Source of the DNA: an uncultured Methanosarcinales archaeon | Lineage (GTDB): Archaea > Nanobdellota > Nanobdellia > Woesearchaeales > WJKR01 | Assembly: GCA_964556395.1 (NCBI GenBank) | Contig: CAZKVR010000001.1 | Span: 106,996 to 170,995 of the forward strand | Length of the DNA: 64,000 nucleotides | Direction of reading: 5' to 3' | Shown: in pieces, positions 56,844-64,000 of the stretch | Position numbering within the stretch: the stretch's first letter is position 1 | Layout: each line of letters begins with the position of its first letter | Translations under genes and position numbers: made by a program | The notes under the pieces: model-generated | What the model was told of the DNA's origin: nothing | Database searches by the model: none | What the model saw: the letters and a program-made list of their open reading frames with translations, nothing else

Positions 56844-57296
56844 TCAGTCTCTTTTTTTTGAGGCGTAACTGATGAAGTCCTTCACCGATAAGACCTCGTC
56901 GACCAACCCTCTCACTGACAGTTCCCCGACCGGTTCTGAGGAGATGATGGTCACGCCTCTCGCGTGCGCGTATGCCGCTTCCATGGCGACCGTCTTGCCG
57001 ACGTAGCCGTCCTCGGCGAGGATGTAGAGGGTGTCCGCGTCGTCGATGCCTCGGAATGCGCGCAGGAGCGCGTCGCGTTGGTTCTCAAGCGTGTCTTCCT
57101 GGGTCTGCTCCCATTTCCCTGACGTCAGCGCCGTGACCCCTCGTGCGTCGAGCTCGTCCTTCAATCGTTCTATCTCGTGGTAGAACTTCCTGCTGCCTGC
57201 GATGAATATCATATCTTCTTCGAGAGAGGATGTCGCTTGCTTTTTAAGTTTTTGAATCGAAACGACAGGCTTAAAAGACTCTTTCTGATAACACAT
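56844..57296 (-). CDS. Rossmann-like protein, possibly nucleoside 2-deoxyribosyltransferase-like
   Basis: The pattern is MIFIAGS...LYILAEDGYVGKTVAMEAAYAHARG. The assignment is tentative. Confidence 0.3.
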   Translation of the reverse strand: MCYQKESFKPVVSIQKLKKQATSSLEEDMIFIAGSRKFYHEIERLKDELDARGVTALTSGKWEQTQEDTLENQRDALLRAFRGIDDADTLYILAEDGYVGKTVAMEAAYAHARGVTIISSEPVGELSVRGLVDEVLSVKDFISYASKKRD

Positions 57297-57681
57297 GTAT
57301 ATGCGCTACCTCGACGAGCTCAAAGCCCTCGACCTGCCGCCAGACCGGTACGTCGTGTCCGGCAGCGGCCCCCTCGCCGTCCGCGGCATCCGGGAGAACA
57401 GGGATATCGACCTCGTCTTGTCAGCCGGGTTGTGGGAGGCGCTCAAGGAGGATTATCCTTTCAACCGGAATGGCGGGCTCCAGTTGTCGGAGCATGTGGA
57501 AGCGTTCCCGCGCTGGCCTGGTGTGGAAAAGCCTTGGAAGCTGATAGAGCGTGCTGAGATTATCGACGGCGTCCCGTTCGCCCTTCTGGAAGACGTCGAG
57601 GCGTGGAAGGTGAGAAGCAGTGATTCCAAGGATGTGGAGGACGTCAGGCTTATCCGGAACTACCGAGAGGGACACGGATGA
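57295..57681 (+). CDS. KNTase-like nucleotidyltransferase
   Basis: The motif VVSGSGPLAVRGIRENRDIDLVLS is present. Confidence 0.4.
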   Translation: MYMRYLDELKALDLPPDRYVVSGSGPLAVRGIRENRDIDLVLSAGLWEALKEDYPFNRNGGLQLSEHVEAFPRWPGVEKPWKLIERAEIIDGVPFALLEDVEAWKVRSSDSKDVEDVRLIRNYREGHG

Positions 57682-57684
57682 CCT

Positions 57685-58358
57685 TCACATGCCATCGTTG
57701 AGAGGTCTGACCGACAGTCTCGAGGCGAGTTCTCGGATGGCTTCCGCGGCTTTCGACGTCGGGTAGGCGTGGAGGTGCGCTACCCGTCTGGCTTGCGCTT
57801 CTTCGAACGTGTCGTCGTGCGGTATGGCTGCCAGGACCGGTGTTTCGAGGAATTCTTCCACTTGTTCCTTGGTGAGGCCGTGCGGCGCGCCGTCCCTGTT
57901 GACGATGATTCCTAGCAGCATCTTCCTGCTCCGTTCCAGTTCTTTCAATGCCCGTTTGGCTTCGAGTATTGAGGGATAGTGCGGCGTCGTGATGATGAAT
58001 GCTTGGTCGCACGCGTCCAGTACGTGGCTGTAGTCGCCTGGCGGGGCGTCGAACAGGACCGTGTCGGCGGCGTGCTTGTACTTGCCGATGGCGGAGGTGT
58101 CGTATTCTCGCGGCCTCGCTCCGATGGAGCCCGGGACGATCTTGAGTCCTGAGTCGTGGAGGTGGACTGCTTTGGAGTAGGGGGTGCGGTTGGCTAGTAC
58201 GTCGTGGAGTGTGTCGGTGAACCTGCCCGGCCCTAGTGCGGTGCCGACGTGCGGCGCTTGCAGGTTGCCGTCGACCAGCAGGGTGTTCTCGCCGAGCTCG
58301 TGCAGCGCCGCTGCCAGGTTGATGGCGAGCGTCGTCTTGCCCGTGCCTCCTTTGCCGT
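57685..58358 (-). CDS. MinD/ParA-family ATPase (deviant Walker A GKGGTGKT) with no canonical in-frame start codon
   Basis: The frame GSIGRNIGILNGKGGTGKTTLAINLAAA... is open only back to a TGA. It contains no ATG, GTG or TTG before the P-loop. Confidence 0.55.
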
Positions 58359-58862
58359 TCAGGATTCCGATGTTCCGTCCGATGCTTCCTCACCTTCTTT
58401 TCCGGCCTCGTAGTTCTTCACGAGTTCTTGCACGCGCCGGTAGAATTGGAGCATGTACTGGTAGTAGTTGGTGATGATGTCGATGTTGACGATCTCTTCC
58501 CGGCCTTCGACGACGGTCCTCATGGTGACGTTGCGGCGGTATTCCTGTTCCCGTTGCGGGTTGCTTCGGAACAGTTTTCGGAGTAGGAAGAAGAGTCCTA
58601 TGTTGTCGATGATGACCTCGTCGTCGGGGTAGAGCTCTTTCACGAGGTTTCCTCGTTCGATGGGTGACGCCGGTATGCGTTCCACCTTGCCTTCCTCGAT
58701 GCGTATCTTGAGCAGTGCTTGTATGAGGTATTCGTAGCCGTCGATCATCCTATTGAGGATGTTGAGGAGGACGTCAACCGTCCGCGTGTATTTGAGGCTG
58801 ACGTAGATCTGGTGGTCTACCCTTTTGAGTTCTTCTTGCGCGTCTTCGAGGCTTTGCATCAT
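58359..58862 (-). CDS. Hypothetical protein (start at MMQSLEDAQ)
   Basis: It overlaps the upstream gene by 4 nt and ends where the MinD-like frame begins. Confidence 0.5.
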   Translation of the reverse strand: MMQSLEDAQEELKRVDHQIYVSLKYTRTVDVLLNILNRMIDGYEYLIQALLKIRIEEGKVERIPASPIERGNLVKELYPDDEVIIDNIGLFFLLRKLFRSNPQREQEYRRNVTMRTVVEGREEIVNIDIITNYYQYMLQFYRRVQELVKNYEAGKEGEEASDGTSES

Positions 58863-59329
58863 TTTGCGGTCACCAGTTGTAGGAGCTCGTGGACCAGCTC
58901 CTTGGTCTTCTTCAGGTAGTCTTTGAGGAGTGCTTCGTCGAGGGTTTTGAGGCGGTAGTCCTTGTCTGCCATGACGTATTTGCCCTTGCGGGGGAATTCC
59001 GTGGTCGATTGTTGGTGTTCTTGCACGGCTTCTCGTAGCTCTGCGATGAACCGGACCCATTTGAGATCGAGGCCGTGTTGGTGCACCACCTTGCTCTTGA
59101 AGGTGGAGAACTTGCTGTCGAACGTCTCGTTGAAGGCTGGGACGCGCTTGTGCAGTCGTTCGTAGTGGAGGACTGATGCCATGCTGTTGGTGACGGCCAT
59201 GAACAGGTTCTCCAGGACTCCGAGTAGTATCTTTGGGTCTTTCACGAGCGGGTAGGTCATCGTGAGCATGTGGTCCGCCAACTGTATGTTGCGCCGCGCC
59301 TTGTCCTTGTACTGGACGAATCGTTCCAT
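58859..59329 (-). CDS. Hypothetical helical protein
   Basis: ORF in the operon. Confidence 0.5.
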   Translation of the reverse strand: MERFVQYKDKARRNIQLADHMLTMTYPLVKDPKILLGVLENLFMAVTNSMASVLHYERLHKRVPAFNETFDSKFSTFKSKVVHQHGLDLKWVRFIAELREAVQEHQQSTTEFPRKGKYVMADKDYRLKTLDEALLKDYLKKTKELVHELLQLVTAK

Positions 59330-59346
59330 GGAGAAGTTCTTCCTAC

Positions 59347-59955
59347 TCAGTGGAGGTTTATATATGTTTGGGTGGTGTGTATTGTGAGGTTCGGCTGGTG
59401 TTCGATCTCTTTGTGGTAGCGGGCGAAGCGTTCGGGCGTGTTGTCCTTGAGGAGACCGTTTATGTGCTCTTCCAGCAGTCTATAGAACTCCTTCACCGGT
59501 GGTTCGTGCCAGTAGTTCTCGAAGAAGTTCTTCTTCGGGTCGAGTTCGCCGTGCATAGGCCATGTCCCTTTGGTAGTGACGTCTTGCGGGTTCTGGTAGG
59601 GGGTGGGTTTGATGATGACGTTGGTGCGGTCTCGGAAGTCGATGATCTGGTTTCCGTCTCTGAGGAAGTAATGGAGGCCTTCGCGGCCGTTGTTGTGGTC
59701 GTGGAGGTGTTCCATGAAGAGTTCGGGCTTGCGGCCTGCTAGTTGGAGGTACCATTGGGTGAGGAGTGTGCGGTCGAGGCAGGCTCCCATGAAGCTGGTG
59801 TCCTTGTCTTGGAGCAGTTGGTGGACGCTCCGTTGTGAGAATTTCTGCTTGAATTCGTCAGGCGTCCAGAGCTTGGTCTCAAGGTTCTCGTTCATCCAGC
59901 CTTCGATGAAGGGTTCGAGGAGTCTCTTGAGGTACGCTTCGGATGCGGCGCTCAT
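59347..59955 (-). CDS. Hypothetical protein (first gene of the MinD-like operon)
   Basis: ORF only. Confidence 0.5.
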   Translation of the reverse strand: MSAASEAYLKRLLEPFIEGWMNENLETKLWTPDEFKQKFSQRSVHQLLQDKDTSFMGACLDRTLLTQWYLQLAGRKPELFMEHLHDHNNGREGLHYFLRDGNQIIDFRDRTNVIIKPTPYQNPQDVTTKGTWPMHGELDPKKNFFENYWHEPPVKEFYRLLEEHINGLLKDNTPERFARYHKEIEHQPNLTIHTTQTYINLH

Positions 59956-59991
59956 GGCTCGTCGGGAAAGAAAGGGTGTTTTTTAAGGTTT

Positions 59992-60342
59992 TCACTCGCT
60001 TTGGAGGTCCATGATGGCTTGTGCGAGGTCGCCGTCCGCCTCTTCGATGGCTTTTCGGGCTTCCTCTTCGGAGACGCCTGCTTGTTCCTTGACGGTCTCG
60101 ACGTCCTCGTCCGAGATTTCAGGGGTTGTTTCTAGGGCTCGTTCTTGTGGTTCTCCGATGACTTGATAGGTCTGCTGGCCCATCATGTTGATCTTCGCCA
60201 CTTGGGGTTGGTCGAAGACGTATTCCTTGTCTTCCGTCCGGATGATGACTTGCGTGGCAGGCATGTCTTCTTGCTGCATGCCCATGCGTTTCATGGCTTG
60301 TTTCATCTGTCTGGAGTTCATGCCGGGCATCATGGGTATCAC
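59992..60342 (-). CDS. nac: Nascent polypeptide-associated complex alpha subunit
   Basis: A NAC domain is followed by a C-terminal UBA-like EEEARKAIEEADGDLAQAIMDL. Confidence 0.9.
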   Translation of the reverse strand: MIPMMPGMNSRQMKQAMKRMGMQQEDMPATQVIIRTEDKEYVFDQPQVAKINMMGQQTYQVIGEPQERALETTPEISDEDVETVKEQAGVSEEEARKAIEEADGDLAQAIMDLQSE

Positions 60343-60497
60343 AACGAGAGCCAGAGGAGCAGTTCTATAAGGATGACGACGACGGCGAAGATGACGATGT
60401 GGATCGGCTGGAAGACTATCTTGGATTTGTAGTCGTCGAAGTATTGCGTGATGCCTGCGCCGCTGGAGGGCATCCTGACCTTGTCGTTCTTGGCCAT
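60339..60497 (-). CDS. secG: Preprotein translocase Sec61-beta (SecG, archaeal)
   Basis: The sequence MAKNDKVRMPSSGAGITQYFDD is followed by a TM helix. The start is placed at an internal Met of ORF 60339..60623. Confidence 0.8.
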   Translation of the reverse strand: MAKNDKVRMPSSGAGITQYFDDYKSKIVFQPIHIVIFAVVVILIELLLWLSL

Positions 60498-60576
60498 GTC
60501 TTTGAGTAAACCCTTGTTGTTTAAAAATGTAATGGATGACGGAAGCTTCTTATAGGAGTGATGGAGAGTATAGGAT

Positions 60577-61302
60577 ATGGCCGAGGCTTCCCCATCGCAG
60601 CTGGTCCAGTACGTGAAAGGCACGTTGCGGCAAGGCTATTCTGAGCAGCAGGTCCGGCAGACGCTGCTGCAGAACGGCTACGATCAGGCTTCCGTCGACC
60701 AGGCGTTCTCCCTGGCGAAGGGCGAGAGGCAGCAGGGTCCTGCCAGGCCGGCTTCTTCCCGTACGAACAGGCTGGGTATAGTCGCGTTCGTCCTCGCCTT
60801 CGTCGGCCCTCTGTTTATCGGCGCTAGCCCTTCCTTCTTCCTTCAGGGTGTTGTCACTCCGGTGCTGGCAGGGTTGGGTGTCTTGGCGGTGCTAGCGACA
60901 CTCATATTGGGTATAGTCTCGTTACGTCAGGTCCGTCGTCGAGGGGAGAAGGGTAAGGTGTTGTCCATCCTGTCCATAATCTTCGGCGGTCTTCAGGTTC
61001 TAGGCGTGATTCTTCTCGTCGTGGGTTTATTCTTTATGAGAAGTCTTTTCAGTGCCGGTGCCGATAGTATGGGAGGTCTTTTGGAGTCGCAGTCCGTCCA
61101 AGGGAGTGTGGACGGAGCGGATTCTGGAGACGCGCTCTCAGGTTTGATGGAGTCTCCTGATTTAGGGTGTAAGGAGGCTGGCGGCAGGTGTCTTACGCAA
61201 GAGATATGCGATGCGACGAACGGGACTGTCTTGGATTCCTTCAATGAAGGTTGCAAGGATGATGGTGAGAGTTACGTTTGTTGTGAGTCGTCGTCCGGCT
61301 GA
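60577..61302 (+). CDS. Membrane protein with a Cys-rich C-terminal extracellular tail
   Basis: Three TM helices are present. Confidence 0.5.
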   Translation: MAEASPSQLVQYVKGTLRQGYSEQQVRQTLLQNGYDQASVDQAFSLAKGERQQGPARPASSRTNRLGIVAFVLAFVGPLFIGASPSFFLQGVVTPVLAGLGVLAVLATLILGIVSLRQVRRRGEKGKVLSILSIIFGGLQVLGVILLVVGLFFMRSLFSAGADSMGGLLESQSVQGSVDGADSGDALSGLMESPDLGCKEAGGRCLTQEICDATNGTVLDSFNEGCKDDGESYVCCESSSG

Positions 61303-61310
61303 AAAAAAAG

Positions 61311-61680
61311 GTGTCGGGTGGCGGTAAGCTGCCTTGTGTGCGGCCCCGGAGCACCGCCTTGGTGGTGCCGTCGGGCCTGACGACATTCGACTGAGCGTCT
61401 TTGTGGACTTGCACAGGCGGGGGCTCGCCGTTTCATCCTTTCCATGGGCGTCGTCGGCAGGTTATCTCACACCGGTTGCCTGGTGCTTCGCGTGCGTCAT
61501 CCCATGCCCGTGGGGGTCTCGTTTCGGGGCGGTTGCCGCGGCTTTCGCCGCCTCCCCACTACGGGGAGCCGCCGTTGTCCAGCGACGACCCTGGCTTGTT
61601 GCAGCCAGTGGTTGTCATCGCGTTGTGTGGGCAGACTTTCCTCAGCGCGTTGGCCGTGGGTCGTCTCGCCACCCGACGTG
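61311..61680 (-). ncRNA. rnpB: Candidate RNase P RNA
   Basis: The ~370-nt region is about 65% GC and non-coding. P1 pairs as GUCGGGUGGCG with CGCCACCCGAC. The P4 5' strand is GAGGAAAGUCUGCCC and the 3' strand ACACAAGGCAGCUUACC, leaving a bulged U as in bacterial and archaeal P4. A GAUGAAACGG CR-II-like segment is present. Confidence 0.55.
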
Positions 61681-61829
61681 TTGGTGGAAGATTGATTGAT
61701 TTATAAGAGTATATTATTTTCAATAAAGAAAAATAAGAAACGACAGGATAACAACAAAGAATACAAAAACCAATTAATTTCCATAAAGAAACAATATAGT
61801 TTTAAACCAACACGAACCAACAAGAAACC

Positions 61830-62627
61830 ATGGACAAGGTGAAAGCCCTCCAACAAAAAATCCTCGACTTCTACAAGCAACGAGGAAGAAGCCTGCCCTG
61901 GAGGGACACGACAGACCGCTACAAGGTCCTCGTCTCAGAGATCATGCTCCAACAGACCCAGGTCGACCGCGTCACCCAAAAATACGAGGCGTGGATGAAG
62001 AGATACCCCACAGTCAAAGCACTGGCGGAAGCACCCCTCTCGGAAGTCCTCAAGCTCTGGTCAGGCCTCGGCTACAACAACCGCGCCAAACGGCTCCACG
62101 ACGCCGCCAAGAAAGTCATGGAAGAACACGACGGAGAAATACCTGACGAAGAAGAAGACCTCAAGCAGTTACCAGGCATCGGACCCTACACCGCCCGGAG
62201 CGTACTCATCTTCGCAGACAACCGAGACCTAGCGACGGTGGACACGAACATCAGGCGGATACTCATCCACGAGCTCGGACTATCAGAAACGACCACTGAC
62301 AAGGAACTCTTCAAGCAAGCAGAAAAACTGCTGCCGAAAGGCCGGTCGAGGGACTGGCACAACGCCCTGATGGACTACGGCGCGCTAGAACTCACGAGCA
62401 GGAAGTCAGGGATAAGACCGAAAACAAGACAAAGCAAGTTCGAAGGCTCGAGAAGACAGGTCCGCAGCACCCTCCTCAAGCACGCGCTAGAGAAAGGAAG
62501 CATCAACGGACGAGAAGCGAAAAAGCACTTCCCAGACACGGAGCACGACCCTAGAGAAGTATTGGAAGAACTCCGAGAAGAAGGACTCGTGGAAAGACAC
62601 GGAAAGACATACAAGCCTAAAGGATGA
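61830..62627 (+). CDS. HhH-GPD DNA glycosylase, MutY/Nth-like, lacking the Fe-S cysteine ligands
   Basis: LQQTQVDRV...LWSGLGYNNRAKRL...LPGIGPYTA aligns to the MutY catalytic core. The C-terminal loop has no Cys cluster. Confidence 0.8.
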   Translation: MDKVKALQQKILDFYKQRGRSLPWRDTTDRYKVLVSEIMLQQTQVDRVTQKYEAWMKRYPTVKALAEAPLSEVLKLWSGLGYNNRAKRLHDAAKKVMEEHDGEIPDEEEDLKQLPGIGPYTARSVLIFADNRDLATVDTNIRRILIHELGLSETTTDKELFKQAEKLLPKGRSRDWHNALMDYGALELTSRKSGIRPKTRQSKFEGSRRQVRSTLLKHALEKGSINGREAKKHFPDTEHDPREVLEELREEGLVERHGKTYKPKG

Positions 62628-63998
62628 CTAATCCTTCCCGAGCTTCTTCACGCAGTGCTCGATCTGCGCGGGCGTCCAACCCTTGTCCAACAGCAGGGGA
62701 CGCAAGTGGTCCATGAGGTATCCTTTCTCGAAAGCCTTACGGAGGAAATCAGTAAGCATCTCCTCATCGTTATCGACGAACAAAGGCTCCTCCATATGTT
62801 CCTCTGAAGCGGATGGCTTCTCCTCCGCTTCAGCCTCGGACCCTTCGACGACGGCAGGCTTGCCAGAACCCTCGTCATGAGGCTTTTCCTTCTCGCTGGC
62901 CCCGCCATGTTCTTGCTTGCCGTCAGCCTCGCCGGGTTTTTCCTCTTGAGCCTTGGAATCCTCGCCTTCACCCTGCTCGTCCTCCTTGCTCTTACGCCGC
63001 TTCATCTGGACGACGAGTCCGATGACGACCGCGGCAACAACGAGCAACCCTGCCCCGAGCCACAACGGGTTAGCGCCGCCGCTCGCGTCGGAAGAAGTGC
63101 CGTAAGGGTCCTCCTCGGGAGCGGTTTCCTGCGGCGGTGCAGACTCGTTACCAGGAGCGGCAGACTCGTTAACATCCTCGGAGGCGTTCTCGGACACGGC
63201 GTTGCCCGTCACCGAGGACGGGTCGTCATCGCCTTCCGCGCCGACGAGGAACGTGCTCAGGCCAGGCGACTCGGCCTCGTAGAACACGAACGTCATGTTC
63301 TCATCCACCTCCTCCGTCTCCAAGGAGTCCCACTCGAAGCCGTCGTAGCGGAACAGGACGACCTCGTCCTCAGCGACACCCTCCCCCTCGAGCCAGTCCT
63401 TGTCGACCTTGAACGACAGCTGAGCCGACGATATATCATCACCTGACACGTCGTCGTGGTCGATGTCGAACAGGCGGTACAGCCGGCCGTCGAAGGAGGA
63501 CGTCTCCTGACGGCTGGCGGCGTCGACCGCCTCCACCACCTTGATGCGCGCGTTGCTCACCTCGGCCTTGACGGAGACCTCCATGGCGGCGAACGACATG
63601 TCGCTACGCGGGTTCGACACACGGAGAGAGTCATTGACAGAATCGGCATAGCTGGTGAACGACCGTGCCGTCTCGGCAGGCTCCGGTTCCGAACCCCCAG
63701 ACGGGTAGAACGTGCCGCCACCACTACCGCTACTGCTGCTATCGTCATCGTCACCATCATCCTCAGGTGGAGGTGGCATGTCCGCGTCCGCGTCGAACGA
63801 GTAGGACGAGCCTTCGAGCGTGTAGTTGGACGAGTTGCCCGACACCACGACAGTGCCAGTCCCTGCAGTAGCGGTGTAGTTCGACGAGTTACCGCTGGTC
63901 GCGACCCCGTCAGTCGTGGCCGTGCCGGTGTACTCCTCGGCGGAAGCCGCTGCCAGGAGCAGCAGGGCCATGACGATTATGGTAGTCGCGGTTCTCAT
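62628..63998 (-). CDS. Cell-surface protein (signal peptide, Ser/Thr/Asp-rich ectodomain, single TM, acidic cytoplasmic tail)
   Basis: The N-terminus is MRTATTIIVMALLLLAAASA. The TM helix is PLWLGAGLLVVAAVVIGLVV. Confidence 0.6.
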   Translation of the reverse strand: MRTATTIIVMALLLLAAASAEEYTGTATTDGVATSGNSSNYTATAGTGTVVVSGNSSNYTLEGSSYSFDADADMPPPPEDDGDDDDSSSSGSGGGTFYPSGGSEPEPAETARSFTSYADSVNDSLRVSNPRSDMSFAAMEVSVKAEVSNARIKVVEAVDAASRQETSSFDGRLYRLFDIDHDDVSGDDISSAQLSFKVDKDWLEGEGVAEDEVVLFRYDGFEWDSLETEEVDENMTFVFYEAESPGLSTFLVGAEGDDDPSSVTGNAVSENASEDVNESAAPGNESAPPQETAPEEDPYGTSSDASGGANPLWLGAGLLVVAAVVIGLVVQMKRRKSKEDEQGEGEDSKAQEEKPGEADGKQEHGGASEKEKPHDEGSGKPAVVEGSEAEAEEKPSASEEHMEEPLFVDNDEEMLTDFLRKAFEKGYLMDHLRPLLLDKGWTPAQIEHCVKKLGKD

Positions 63999-64000
63999 AA

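Noticed and set aside
57650-58393. 247-aa ORF rich in Arg/Pro/His (MRKHRTEHRNPERQRR...)
   Set aside because: It is an alternative frame of the MinD-like gene on the same strand. Its composition is typical of an out-of-frame reading of GC-rich coding DNA, and the MinD frame carries the Walker A and downstream motifs.
61311-61680. SRP (7S) RNA as an alternative identity for the GC-rich RNA
   Set aside because: The terminal helix fits either RNA. The AGGAAAGUC...GGCAGCUUA P4-type pairing with a bulged U and the GAUGAAACGG element fit RNase P better. No CCAGG...GGAAGG...AGCAG SRP domain IV motif was found.
61334-61706. Overlapping ORFs 61334..61699, 61401..61706 and 61444..61695 (83-121 aa) in the GC-rich island
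   Set aside because: They lie in three overlapping frames, are Arg/Gly/Pro/Cys-rich and have no motifs. The region is better explained as a structured RNA (RNase P RNA) on the opposite strand.
1-64000. CRISPR arrays and tRNA genes
   Set aside because: No regularly spaced direct repeats were seen. No GTTCGAATC or GTTCAAATC T-loop-like sequences were found in the non-coding stretches (4280-4630, 41085-41400, 44042-44238, 46576-46719, 53551-53717, 56752-56843).

Overview
This window reads as an archaeal chromosomal segment of roughly 50-55% GC. It carries many archaeal informational genes: a 5'-truncated proteasome-activating nucleotidase (PAN), FEN1, Trm5, the tRNA-splicing endonuclease EndA, Hjc, an archaeal histone, NAC-alpha, Sec61-beta, aMBF1, RNase Z, and a GC-rich locus I interpret as RNase P RNA. 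Promoters look like archaeal TATA boxes about 25 nt ahead of leaderless start codons. Mixed in is a striking amount of bacterial-looking material: an ECF-type sigma-70 gene, a GHKL-ATPase + STAS (DUF4325-like) pair plus two further STAS-like proteins, a bacterial-type ThyA, a family of OMP-like amphipathic beta-barrel proteins, and lipobox or signal-peptide proteins. Nearly every gene from 770 to 30374 lies on the minus strand, including a ~13 kb array of tightly overlapping secreted or membrane hypothetical genes. Accessory modules include a coiled-coil + HerA/FtsK-like ATPase operon, an RHH-RelE pair, two MNT-HEPN pairs, extra stand-alone nucleotidyltransferases, a MinD-like four-gene operon and a membrane glycosyltransferase cluster. 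Conserved non-coding motifs recur: a 22-27 nt promoter-like element at three sites, AACACA plus hairpin/T-run terminators, a duplicated ~70 nt leader, and 19-bp direct repeats flanking a TA + transporter cassette. I found no CRISPR array and no tRNA gene.
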